Positions 27,895 to 36,731 of a stretch of 64,000 bases of DNA are shown here, piece after piece. The stretch is from Casimicrobiaceae bacterium (GTDB lineage: Bacteria; Pseudomonadota; Gammaproteobacteria; Burkholderiales; Casimicrobiaceae): NCBI GenBank assembly GCA_036406955.1, contig DASXAF010000125.1, positions 732-64,731 on the forward strand. The letters are read 5' to 3'. Numbering within the stretch: the stretch's first letter is position 1; each line of letters opens with the position of its first letter. The notes under the pieces are model-generated. The model did no database searches. It saw nothing but the letters and a program-made list of their open reading frames with translations, and had not been told where the DNA came from. A program made the translations under genes and the position numbers.

Positions 27895-30588
27895 ATGGAG
27901 GGTGCGGGTCGCGCGGTGCCGAACGATCGCGCGCGAGGCCATCGGGACGCCGACGTTGCGTCGCTCGCGGCGTCCGATCGTGCGGCCGGGCTGCTCGAGC
28001 GCGAGTCGCAGTTGCGCCGTATGGACGCCGTGCTGGCGCCCATCGAGCGCACCCGCGCGGGCGCCTGCATCGTCGTGGCGGGCGAGGCCGGCATCGGCAA
28101 GACGACGCTGGCGGAGCACTTCGTGCGCGCGCACGGGGCGCACGCGCGCTGCCTGCGCGGCGGCTGCGAGGCCCTGTTCTCGCCGCGGCCGCTGGGACCG
28201 CTGGTCGACATCGCCGCGGAACTTCCGCCGGCGTTGGCGGACGCGATCGTCGCCGGGCGCAGCCCGCATCAGCTCTATCCTGCGCTGCTCCAGCACCTGC
28301 GCGAGACCAAGCGTGTCACGCTCCTCGTGCTGGAGGACGTGCACTGGGCCGACGAGGCGACGCTCGACTTCGTCAAGTATTTCGGCCGGCGCGTCGAGCA
28401 GGCGCCGGTCCTGCTGATCGTCACCCATCGCGACGACGAGCTGGATGCCGACCATCCGCTGCGGCGCGTCCTCGGCGAGCTGCCGGCACGCAGCACGCAC
28501 CGCATCACGCTGCCGCTGCTTTCCGAGCAGGCGGTTGCGCGCCTCGCGCAGCACGCGGGACGCAGCGTCGAAGGCATCTATCGCGCGACCGACGGCAACC
28601 CCTTCTTCGTGAGCGAGCTGCTCGCGGCGCAGGACGATCCCGTGCCCTCGTCGATCCGCGATGCGATGCTGGCGCGCGTGGCGCGCCTGTCCGACGGCGC
28701 GCGCGCGGTGGTCGAGCTCGCGAGCCTCTCGCCGGCGCACCTCACGGTGCCCATCGTCGAAGCCGTGCAGGGACCGGCGATCGACGCGATCGAAGAGGCC
28801 GTCTCCAAAGGCGTGCTCGTTGCCGACGGCCCCCGGTTGCGCTATCGCCACGAGCTCGCGCGTCTCGCGGTGGAGCAATCGCTGTCCTCCGCGCGGCGCA
28901 CCAAGCTGCACGGGGCGATGTTCGCGGCGCTGCGCGATTTCGAAGGCGAACCGGTGGCGCTGCAGCGGCTGGTTCACCACGCCGAAGGCGCGGGTCTCGC
29001 CGGCGAGGTGCTGCGAATCGCTTCGATCGCGGCACGTGAAGCGGCGCGCTCGTCGGCGCACCGCGAGGCCGCACGCCTGTACGCGCTCGTGCTCGAGCAC
29101 GGGGCGCGGCTCGACGCTGCGGCGCGCGCGGAGCTGCTCGAAGCGCGCGCGCACGAATGCATGCTCACCAACCTGCCGGACCAGGCGATCGCCGCACGCG
29201 TCGAGGCGCTGGAGCTGCGCCGGCGCATGGACCAGACGCTGGAGGAGGGCGTCGACCTGCGCTGGCTCGCGCGCCTGCACTGGCTCGAGGGCGCGGATCC
29301 CATCGCGCACACCTATGCCGAAGCGGCCATCGCGGTGCTGGAGCGGCTGCCGCCGGGACGCGAGCTGGCGATGGCGTACAGCACGATGTCGCAGCTCCAG
29401 ATGGTCACCGATCACACGGCAGGCGCGGTCGCGTGGGGTGCGCGCGCGATCGCGCTCGCCGACGCGATCGGCGACGTCGAGGCGCTCGTGCATTCGCTCA
29501 ACAACGTGGGCACCGCGCAGCTGCAGCTCGAAGCGAGCGACGAGGCATGGCAGAAGCTGCAGCGCAGCCTCGCGCTCGCGATCGAGCACGGGCTCGAGGA
29601 GCACGCCGCCCGCGCGTTCAACAACCTCCAGACCGTCTCGGTGCTGCATCGGCAGTACGTGCGCGCGTTCGAGTACGCCGAGCGCGGAATCGCGTTCTGC
29701 GAGGAGCGCGACCTCGACCTCTACACCGCACGCCTGCACATCCGCCGCGCGTACGCGTGCATCGAGTTCGGGCGGTGGGAAGACGCCGAGCGCGACCTGC
29801 GGCGCCTCGGCATCGCCCTCAAGCTGTCGCCCCTCGAGGAAGCGACCTCGGGATTCGTTCGCGGCCTTCTCCAGATGCGCCGCGGCGACGAAGGCGCCGA
29901 GGACCGGCTCGTCGCGTTGACCGACGTGCTGCGCAGGATCGGCGTGCAGCTCTGGTACATCGCGAACGCGTCGGCGTGCGCCGAGGCCGCGTGGCTGCGC
30001 GGCGACGCCAACGCCGTCGAGGCGGTCGCACAATCCGCACTCGAGCTCGCGAACGAGTTCGGCGAGCCGTGGCGCATCGGGCAGCTCGCGATGTGGCTCG
30101 AGCGGGCGGGGCGCCCGTGGCGCGGACCGCTGCGCAGCACCGCGCATCCCTACACGCTCGAGCTGGCCGGTGCATGGCGGGAAGCGGCCGATGAATGGCG
30201 GCTTCTCGGGTGTCCCTACGATCGCGCGCTCGCCCTGCTCGCCGGTGACGAAGCCGCGTTGCGCGACGCCGTCGAGATCTTCGATACGCTCGGTGCGCGT
30301 CCCGCTGCGGAGCTTGGGCGGCGCCGCTTGCGCGCGCGCGGGGCGCGCGGCGTGCGGCGCGGGCATTACCAGCACGCGCGCAGGGACCCGCACGGATTGA
30401 CCCGGCGCGAGCGCGAGATCCACGACCTTCTCGTGCGCGGCATGTCGAACGAGGACATCGCGCTGCGGCTGCACAGGTCGACGCGCACGATCGAGCACCA
30501 CGTTTCCGCGATCCTCGCCAAGCTGGGCGTCGCGTCGCGGGCGGGGGCCATTGCGAAGACCAACGACACCGGGCGCGCCGAAAAATAG
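27895..30588 (+). CDS. Large ATP-binding LuxR-family transcriptional regulator (AAA/STAND N-terminus, helical repeats, C-terminal LuxR HTH)
   Basis: ORF 27700..30588 with the start proposed at ATG 27895. Walker A is VAGEAGIGKTT and Walker B is LLVLEDVHWADE. The central region is long and helical/TPR-like. C-terminal HTH: LTRREREIHDLLVRGMSNEDIALRLHRSTRTIEHHVSAILAKLG. Confidence 0.85.
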   Translation: MEGAGRAVPNDRARGHRDADVASLAASDRAAGLLERESQLRRMDAVLAPIERTRAGACIVVAGEAGIGKTTLAEHFVRAHGAHARCLRGGCEALFSPRPLGPLVDIAAELPPALADAIVAGRSPHQLYPALLQHLRETKRVTLLVLEDVHWADEATLDFVKYFGRRVEQAPVLLIVTHRDDELDADHPLRRVLGELPARSTHRITLPLLSEQAVARLAQHAGRSVEGIYRATDGNPFFVSELLAAQDDPVPSSIRDAMLARVARLSDGARAVVELASLSPAHLTVPIVEAVQGPAIDAIEEAVSKGVLVADGPRLRYRHELARLAVEQSLSSARRTKLHGAMFAALRDFEGEPVALQRLVHHAEGAGLAGEVLRIASIAAREAARSSAHREAARLYALVLEHGARLDAAARAELLEARAHECMLTNLPDQAIAARVEALELRRRMDQTLEEGVDLRWLARLHWLEGADPIAHTYAEAAIAVLERLPPGRELAMAYSTMSQLQMVTDHTAGAVAWGARAIALADAIGDVEALVHSLNNVGTAQLQLEASDEAWQKLQRSLALAIEHGLEEHAARAFNNLQTVSVLHRQYVRAFEYAERGIAFCEERDLDLYTARLHIRRAYACIEFGRWEDAERDLRRLGIALKLSPLEEATSGFVRGLLQMRRGDEGAEDRLVALTDVLRRIGVQLWYIANASACAEAAWLRGDANAVEAVAQSALELANEFGEPWRIGQLAMWLERAGRPWRGPLRSTAHPYTLELAGAWREAADEWRLLGCPYDRALALLAGDEAALRDAVEIFDTLGARPAAELGRRRLRARGARGVRRGHYQHARRDPHGLTRREREIHDLLVRGMSNEDIALRLHRSTRTIEHHVSAILAKLGVASRAGAIAKTNDTGRAEK

Positions 30589-30691
30589 GTACGCCGGGCG
30601 CGAAATGCCCGTGACGCCGCACATGCGGCCCGCGCCGTGCGTGCCTACGCTTGGCGGCTGATCGTCCTTCGGCGCTACGCGCCTCGAATCG

Positions 30692-31030
30692 ATGTCCCGA
30701 TACGAGCTCTTGGGTTATGTCGCCTCGGCGCTGGTGCTGGCGACGTTCTGGATGCGTCGCATGGTGATGCTGCGCACGCTCGCGATCGCCAGCAACCTGG
30801 CGTTCATCGCCTACGGGTTTCTCGCGGGCATCATGCCCGTGCTGCTGCTGCACGCGTTGTTGCTGCCGTTGAATCTTCACCGAATGGTGCAGTGGTGGCG
30901 TGCGCGACCCCGGCGCGCGCAGCATCCGCTGCCAACGCCAGCGACCACGCATCGCGTGCGGCCGAGCCGTGCCGGCCCTTTGCGCGAGCGCATGCGCCGC
31001 TGCCCGGTGCCCAGCCGCTTCATGCGCTGA
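30692..31030 (+). CDS. Small membrane protein (two or three predicted helices, Arg/Pro-rich tail)
   Basis: 112-aa ORF with high GC3 in frame. The N-terminal ~75 aa are hydrophobic (LLGYVASALVLATFWM..LAIASNLAFIAYGFLAGIMPVLLLHALLLPLNL). There is no obvious Shine-Dalgarno sequence and the tail is low-complexity. Confidence 0.45.
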   Translation: MSRYELLGYVASALVLATFWMRRMVMLRTLAIASNLAFIAYGFLAGIMPVLLLHALLLPLNLHRMVQWWRARPRRAQHPLPTPATTHRVRPSRAGPLRERMRRCPVPSRFMR

Positions 31031-31220
31031 CGCCGGCGCGCGGTCCACTATCATGCGTCATTTCCGGCTCGGCCCGGTGGGGCCGGCGTGGGTGTCGGCG
31101 CCGCGTCGCATCGGCGTATTGCGCGTCCCGGGGCATCGGAGCGCGCTTCGTCGCAGCGCTGTTGACTGGGACTGTCCGATGCGAGGACCATCGCGAGGCG
31201 CTCAAAGCAGGGAGGCGGCT

Positions 31221-31517
31221 GTGAGACTGGTTATAGGCGTACCGCTGTCGATTGCGCTCGGGGTTGTCACGTATGCAGCACCCGCGCTCACCAACGATGG
31301 CTTTCCTGGCGATCCGGCGCGCCAGCCGCGGCTGGCTCAGGCGGATGCCGCGCAGAACGGCCAGTCCCGGCAGGCTGGAGCGGAATCGGACGCGATAAGC
31401 CTTCTGGCGAAAAGAGTCGCGCAGCTCGAAAGGCGAGTCGACGCTCTGGAGGCGAAGAACCGGTCCGCGACGCCCGCCGTGCCGCAAATCGGCCCGCGCG
31501 GTTGGATTGTTTACTGA
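31221..31517 (+). CDS. Small putative secreted protein with coiled-coil segment
   Basis: GTG 31221 is preceded by a strong Shine-Dalgarno sequence (agggagg, about 5 nt spacer). The N-terminus is signal-like (VRLVIGVPLSIALGVVTYAAPA) and there is a heptad-like LLAKRVAQLERRVDALEAK. It is the in-frame tail of ORF 30900..31517. Confidence 0.5.
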   Translation: MRLVIGVPLSIALGVVTYAAPALTNDGFPGDPARQPRLAQADAAQNGQSRQAGAESDAISLLAKRVAQLERRVDALEAKNRSATPAVPQIGPRGWIVY

Positions 31518-31563
31518 CCATGGACATCCGGTCCAATCGAAAACGATCGAGGGAGATCCAACC

Positions 31564-32007
31564 ATGAACAGGCACTTCCTGCATTTCCTGGCCGTCCTTG
31601 CCGTTGCGTCGTGCGTGCCGTTTGCGGTCCACGCCCAGGACAAGCCTTGGTCGGAAGGCACGGTGTGGACCGTTACGATGATTCGCGTGAAACCCGGCAT
31701 GTTCGACGTCTACATGCGCGAGCTGTTGCCGATGCGCAAGAAGATCAACGACGAAGCGAAGAAGCAGGGACTGCTGCTCTCGAGCCACGTTCTCTCGGGC
31801 AACTCGAGCGGGCGCGACGACTTCGACCTGATGATCCTCGAGGAGTACAAGAACTGGGCGGCATTCGACGGGCTGAGCGCCAAGTACGACGCCATGATGA
31901 AGAACATCGTAGGACCCGAGGACAAGCAGGTTCAGGTCATGACCAAGCGCACCGAGAGCCGTGAGATCGTCGGAGAAAAGGTCATGCAGGAGATCGTGCC
32001 CAAATAG
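31564..32007 (+). CDS. Secreted protein of unknown function
   Basis: ORF 31507..32007 trimmed to ATG 31564, with the Shine-Dalgarno sequence gagggag upstream. The signal peptide is MNRHFLHFLAVLAVASCVPFAVHA. The composition is globular and GC is lower than in core genes. Confidence 0.65.
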   Translation: MNRHFLHFLAVLAVASCVPFAVHAQDKPWSEGTVWTVTMIRVKPGMFDVYMRELLPMRKKINDEAKKQGLLLSSHVLSGNSSGRDDFDLMILEEYKNWAAFDGLSAKYDAMMKNIVGPEDKQVQVMTKRTESREIVGEKVMQEIVPK

Positions 32008-32202
32008 GGCGACCGGGGCTGGAGCCTCGCCGGCCGACGCGGGTGCCGACGACGGCGTGTCGCGCGTGACCCGGATGCGCGGCAAGCAGGCGCGGCGACG
32101 TTCCACCAGCGCGCCGCACCGGAAGGAGATCATCCGCATGGCGATGAGGGGCCACAGAGCGTGCCGATTATCTGCCGCCGATCGCCCGCTCTCGCGAGCT
32201 AT

Positions 32203-32222
32203 TGATCGGCGAACGCCGATCA
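32203..32222 (+). repeat. Perfect 9-bp inverted repeat (tgatcggcg-aa-cgccgatca), ~100 nt upstream of the orphan kinase
   Basis: Read directly from the sequence. It may be an operator or a hairpin. Confidence 0.3.
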
Positions 32223-32325
32223 CCAGTTTTGCGCTACGCCACCCCGTCGGGAACCATCTCGCAGCGATTCGTCCCGGCGCGTTGCGCTGTGGTAGATTGA
32301 AGCGACGCCTTCAGCCTCTCTGCGC

Positions 32326-33465
32326 GTGCAACTGTCTCAATTCATTGCCGAGAATATTGAGCGCATCCTCCAGAACTGGGAGGATTTTGCCCGCTCGCTA
32401 GAGCGCGGACGCGACATGAGCATCACGGCCCTGCGGGATGATGCCGAGCGCATGCTTCGGTTCGTTATCGTAGACATGGAGAGAGAGCAGTCGGCGCAAC
32501 AGCAATTTGACAAATCGACTGGGCGCGGCCCACAGCTTCCTCTGGGCCAACACAGCGCGGCCCACGACCACGGACTGGGGCGCGCTCTCGAGCACTTCAC
32601 GCTCGCCGAGCTGGTCTCCGAGTACCGTGCGCTTCGCGCGAGCGTAACGCGGATGTGGCTTGACGAAGCGGCGCCCACGCGGGACAACGTGCTTCAGCTC
32701 GTGCGGTTCAACGAAGCAATTGACCAAATTCTGGCCGAGGCAGTGTCCCGGTTTAGCGAGAAGTTGGACATGGACGCCGACCTGCTTACCGCTTCCGTAG
32801 GCCATGACCTGCGCAACCCCCTGAACGCGATCATTACGGTTGCGCAAATCTTGGCACGTGGACCTGATAGTTCAGCCGCACAAGGCGCCGCTGCTCAAAT
32901 TGAGCGCTCTGCAATGCGCATCGCGTCTATGCTAGGCGAATTGCAGGATTTCACTCGTACCCGCCTAGGCGCATCGATCAGCTACAAGCTCCAGCGATGC
33001 AATGTGGCGGAAATTTGCAATGCGGCAGTGGCTGAAGTTGCCGCCACTCACCGCACGCATCAAATCGTATGCGAGTGCACGGGGGATACGTGGGTGATCG
33101 CCGATCGCCTGCGCATTGCGCAGGTCATTTCCAACCTCGTTGCCAATGCAGTCCAACATGGGGCTCGAGGAGGAACCGTCAAGGTGCACGTCGCCGGTGA
33201 GCCGGAGCATATTCGCATTGAAGTGCACAACACAGGAACGCCAATACAAGCGCCGCACTTGCGCGAAATCTTCGAGCCGCTTTATCAGATACAACGCGGC
33301 GAAGGTCATGATCCGGGGAGCCTCGGGCTCGGTCTTTACATTGCGCGCCGCATCGTCATCGCTCATGGTGGAACCATCGAAGTTACATCTACGCAGACAG
33401 CTGGAACCACGTTTGTTATACAGCTGCCACGGAAGGCAGCATTCGATATGACTAGCGCGCATTGA
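32326..33465 (+). CDS. Cytoplasmic sensor histidine kinase with RsbRD_N-like N-terminal domain
   Basis: 379-aa ORF with a GTG start and no TM segment. The N-terminus LSQFIAENIERILQNWEDFARSL resembles the RsbRD N-terminal domain. H-box: SVGHDLRNPLNAI. ATPase boxes: LVANAVQHG, HNTGTPI, GLGLYIARRIV. Confidence 0.88.
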   Translation: MQLSQFIAENIERILQNWEDFARSLERGRDMSITALRDDAERMLRFVIVDMEREQSAQQQFDKSTGRGPQLPLGQHSAAHDHGLGRALEHFTLAELVSEYRALRASVTRMWLDEAAPTRDNVLQLVRFNEAIDQILAEAVSRFSEKLDMDADLLTASVGHDLRNPLNAIITVAQILARGPDSSAAQGAAAQIERSAMRIASMLGELQDFTRTRLGASISYKLQRCNVAEICNAAVAEVAATHRTHQIVCECTGDTWVIADRLRIAQVISNLVANAVQHGARGGTVKVHVAGEPEHIRIEVHNTGTPIQAPHLREIFEPLYQIQRGEGHDPGSLGLGLYIARRIVIAHGGTIEVTSTQTAGTTFVIQLPRKAAFDMTSAH

Positions 33466-33612
33466 ATCCGCGGGTGGCCCGCGAATCGCCTTAGGGATCC
33501 CGATGAAATCGTCGACCAGGGTCGGCGAAACACGGATGTACAACGGCGGTCTAGAAATGGCGTTGTGGAATCGCGAAGCTTTGTGGGCTAAGAGAGGGAA
33601 TGTGGGAACGGA

Positions 33613-34950
33613 CTACTTGATTCCCAACCTTTCCATGCGGTAGCGCATCGCCCTGAACGTGATCCCGAGCAGCTTTGCGGCAGCCGTGCGGTTGTAGCGC
33701 GTCTTTTCGAGCGCTTCGTTGATCGCCGAGCGCTCCACGCGATCGAGATAGTCCTGCAGCGGCCACTTGTCTCCGGTGGGAAGCGTGGTGTCCGTCTCTT
33801 CGGCGACCGGCGTCAGATGCAGGTCCTCCGCGGTGATGTGCTGCGGATCACCGGCGAGCGAGAGGCCGCGCTCGAGGATGTTCTCGAGCTCGCGCACGTT
33901 GCCGGGGAACGGATAGCGCTCGAGCGCTGCGACCGCCGCGGACTCGAGCGCCGCCGGCGCCCCTCGCGACAGGCGCGTGAGGATGGCGTTGGCGATGAGC
34001 GGGATGTCCTCGCGCATCTCGCGCAGGCTGGGCATCGACAGCTCGATCACGTGCAGCCGGTAGTAGAGGTCCTGCCGGAACTCGCCGCTGTCGACCAAAG
34101 CCGAGAGCTTCTTGTGCGTCGCGCTGATGATGCGCGCGTCGACCGGATCCTCCTGCGTCGAGCCGACCTTGCGGACTTTCTTCTCCTGGATCGCACGCAG
34201 CAGCTTCACCTGCATGGCGAGCGGCAGGTCGGCGACTTCGTCGAGGAACAGCGTGCCGTTGTTCGCGGCCTGGAAGAACCCGTCGCGGTCGGCCTCGGCC
34301 CCGGTGAACGCGCCCTTCTTGTAGCCGAAGAACTCGCTCTCCATCAAGTTCTCGGGAATCGCGCCGCAATTGACGGCCACGAACGGCTGCTCGGCGCGCG
34401 GCCCCTTGAGATGGATCATGCGGGCGGCGAGCTCCTTGCCGCTGCCCGATTCGCCGTTGATGAACACCGGCGCCTGGCTCTTCGCGAGGCGGTCGATCAG
34501 TCCGCGCACCTGCTGCATCGCGGGCGACTCGCCGAGCAGCTGATAGCTGCTGGCCGGCTGTGCCTTCTCCGGCACCTTCAGCGCCTGCTTCACCAGCGCG
34601 CGCAGTTGCTCGAGCGCAACGGGCTTCGCGAGATAGTCGAATGCGCCGGCCTTGAGCGCGGCCACGGCGTTCTCGGGGCTGCCGAACGCCGTGATCACGG
34701 CGACCGGCACGTCGAGCCCGCGCTGGCTGATGTGCTCGACGACCTTGATGCCTTCGCCGTCGGGCAGGCGCCAGTCGGTGAGGCAGAGGTCGAACGGCTC
34801 GCGATCGAGCAGCCGGACCGCTTCGCCGACGCTTTCGGCGCGCGTGGTGTCGAGGCCCATGCGCGAAAGGGTGAGCTCCAGGAGCTCGAGCAGATCGGGC
34901 TCGTCGTCGACGACGAGGACCTTGGGTTGACCGCGGGCTTTGCGTGACAT
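33613..34950 (-). CDS. pilR: Sigma-54-dependent response regulator, PilR-like (NtrC family)
   Basis: Receiver: VLVVDDEPDL...LTDWRLPDGEG. AAA+ domain: GESGSGKE, GAFTGA, ESEFFGY. C-terminal Fis-type HTH: RYNRTAAAKLLGITFRAMRYRMERLGI. It is adjacent to a PilS-like kinase. Confidence 0.85.
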   Translation of the reverse strand: MSRKARGQPKVLVVDDEPDLLELLELTLSRMGLDTTRAESVGEAVRLLDREPFDLCLTDWRLPDGEGIKVVEHISQRGLDVPVAVITAFGSPENAVAALKAGAFDYLAKPVALEQLRALVKQALKVPEKAQPASSYQLLGESPAMQQVRGLIDRLAKSQAPVFINGESGSGKELAARMIHLKGPRAEQPFVAVNCGAIPENLMESEFFGYKKGAFTGAEADRDGFFQAANNGTLFLDEVADLPLAMQVKLLRAIQEKKVRKVGSTQEDPVDARIISATHKKLSALVDSGEFRQDLYYRLHVIELSMPSLREMREDIPLIANAILTRLSRGAPAALESAAVAALERYPFPGNVRELENILERGLSLAGDPQHITAEDLHLTPVAEETDTTLPTGDKWPLQDYLDRVERSAINEALEKTRYNRTAAAKLLGITFRAMRYRMERLGIK

Positions 34951-34979
34951 TGGCGTCGTAGGTAGGGGCCGGGCGAATT

Positions 34980-36629
34980 CTAAGGCTTCGCGGCCTGCGT
35001 GGGGGTCAGCGCGCGTTTCATGGTGAGGCGGAAGTGCGCGCCGGGTCCTTTGGGCAACAGCTCCAGCGCGGCGCCGTTCGCGTCGGCCAGCTCGCGCGCG
35101 ATGTAGAGGCCGAGCCCCGTGCCGCCGGGGCGCGTGGTGAAGAAGGGCTCGAAGATCTGCCCGCGCAGGTCGACCGGTATGCCCGGGCCGTCATCGTCGA
35201 GCTCGCAGATCACGGCGTCGCCCATGTAGCCGGCACGTGCCATGATCCGGATGCTGCCTTCCTTCTTCTGGCAATGCTGCCAGGCGTTGCGCACGAGGTT
35301 CCAGACGATCTGGTTGAGATGTCCGCGGTCGAAGATCGCCAGCAGCTCGTCGGCGACGATGATCACCACCCCGCCAGACGGGATGTTCTCGGCCTGGACG
35401 ATCTCGTCGCACAGCGAATGCATGAACTCGCCGAGCTGGATCACCTCGGGTTGCTGGCGGTCGCGGCGGTTGAGCTGCAGCACCTCGCCGACGATGCGGT
35501 CGATGCGCTTGGCGTTGTTGCGGATCATCATGAGCAGCCGCTGGCCCTCGGGGGCGACCGCGCGATCCTCCTCGAGGAGCTGCGCCGCCTGGTTGATCGC
35601 CGACAGCGGATTGCGCACCTCGTGGGCGATCGACGCCGTGAGGCGCCCGAGCGCGGCGAGCTTCATCTGCTGCGCTTCGCTTTGCGCGCGCCCGAGGTCC
35701 TCGAGGTAGATCAGCGTCCCGCCATTGAGTCCCGAGCCGATGCGCACGAGCCGTACGCGCAGCAGCCGCTGCGTCGCCTCGACCTTGAAGGGTCGCAGCG
35801 GCTCCGTGAAATCCTCGTTCCAGCGGCGCCAGTAGTCGTGGAGGGTGGTGGAGAACTCGGCGAGCCGCATGCCGCCGCGCATGCGCCCGAAGCCGCCCAG
35901 CAGACGGGTAACCTGTGCGTTGTGGCCGCGCACGACGCCGTTCAAGTCGACGACGAGAACGCCGTCCTGCATGTCCTGGATGATGAGGCGATTCACCTGC
36001 TCGAGGTTCGCGACGTCGATGCCGCGCTGCGCGGCGAGGTCCTCGGACGCCTTGGTATAGCGGCCGAGCGCGACGGCCGTGCCCACCGTCGCGAAATAGC
36101 CGAAGCCGATCAGGCCCGTCTGGAACAGCTCCGCGGCGCCGACGTTGCCCCCGATGGAGCGCCACGTCTGCAGCGCGAGCAACGCCACCGTGGCGAACGC
36201 CGCATGGAAAAAGCCCGTCTGCGTGCGCAGCAACCAGCCGCTTGCCGCCAGCTGCGGAAACAGCAGGATGGGCAGCGGCGCGCCGGTGCTGCCGCCCGCG
36301 ACCATGACGAGCCCCAGGAAGAAGATGTCGCCGGACAGCAGCACGAGCAGCGTCATCGACAGCGGCAGCGGCAGGCGCTCGTGCTGCACCCACCAGAACG
36401 CGCCGATGCCGAACAGGAAATAGATCGCCGACGCCGTGAGGAACGCGTTGGGCGCCTCGACGCTCAGGATCTTGAGGTCGAACAGCAGCGCCATGCCGAG
36501 CAGCACCGCACCGCAGACCGCGCGGTACAACGCCACGATCCACAGGATGCGCCGCGCCGAGTCGGTGATCGACAGCGGCAGCGTCGGCGGCTCGAACGGC
36601 GGTATCGCGGGCGAAGGCTGGGTGGCCAT
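34980..36629 (-). CDS. pilS: Sensor histidine kinase, PilS-like (polytopic N-terminus, PAS-like, HisKA/HATPase)
   Basis: ORF 34980..36695 trimmed to ATG 36629 (MATQPSPAIPPFEPP). It has about six N-terminal hydrophobic helices. H-box: SIAHEVRNPL. ATPase boxes: DDGPGI, GTGLGLYIAREL. Confidence 0.8.
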   Translation of the reverse strand: MATQPSPAIPPFEPPTLPLSITDSARRILWIVALYRAVCGAVLLGMALLFDLKILSVEAPNAFLTASAIYFLFGIGAFWWVQHERLPLPLSMTLLVLLSGDIFFLGLVMVAGGSTGAPLPILLFPQLAASGWLLRTQTGFFHAAFATVALLALQTWRSIGGNVGAAELFQTGLIGFGYFATVGTAVALGRYTKASEDLAAQRGIDVANLEQVNRLIIQDMQDGVLVVDLNGVVRGHNAQVTRLLGGFGRMRGGMRLAEFSTTLHDYWRRWNEDFTEPLRPFKVEATQRLLRVRLVRIGSGLNGGTLIYLEDLGRAQSEAQQMKLAALGRLTASIAHEVRNPLSAINQAAQLLEEDRAVAPEGQRLLMMIRNNAKRIDRIVGEVLQLNRRDRQQPEVIQLGEFMHSLCDEIVQAENIPSGGVVIIVADELLAIFDRGHLNQIVWNLVRNAWQHCQKKEGSIRIMARAGYMGDAVICELDDDGPGIPVDLRGQIFEPFFTTRPGGTGLGLYIARELADANGAALELLPKGPGAHFRLTMKRALTPTQAAKP

Positions 36630-36731
36630 GTCGAAGGTCGTGCGGGCGCGCGGCCCGAATGCCCGGCCGGTCGCTCGACGCGCATTGTGCAGCAAGCCGT
36701 GCTGCGCGGGGGACCGTCCTTCGCTTGCGCC

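Noticed and set aside
27802-30624. 940-aa minus-strand ORF opposite the LuxR-family regulator. ORFs 35034..37004 (+), 36436..38412 (+), 41147..43021 (+) and 58348..60474 (-) are the same kind.
   Set aside because: They are antisense shadows of well-supported genes (Walker and HTH motifs, pilS, the FAD oxidoreductase, M61, acetoacetyl-CoA synthetase), and I saw no independent domain signatures.
30637-31220. ORFs 30637..31224 (+), the upstream part of 30900..31517 (+), and 31020..31700 (-) in the accessory patch.
   Set aside because: They are low-complexity, Arg/Ala-rich and lack a ribosome-binding site. Only the GTG-initiated tail from 31221, which has a strong Shine-Dalgarno sequence and a signal-like N-terminus, was retained.
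33474-33490. Sigma-54-like GG-N10-GC spacing (tGGcccgcgaatcGCc), considered because a sigma-54 activator (pilR) is adjacent.
   Set aside because: It matches TGGCAC-N5-TTGCW poorly and lies in the convergent 3' region between the orphan kinase and pilR, where no gene could be driven. Other tggcac occurrences (27471, 32853, 55633) lack the -12 element.
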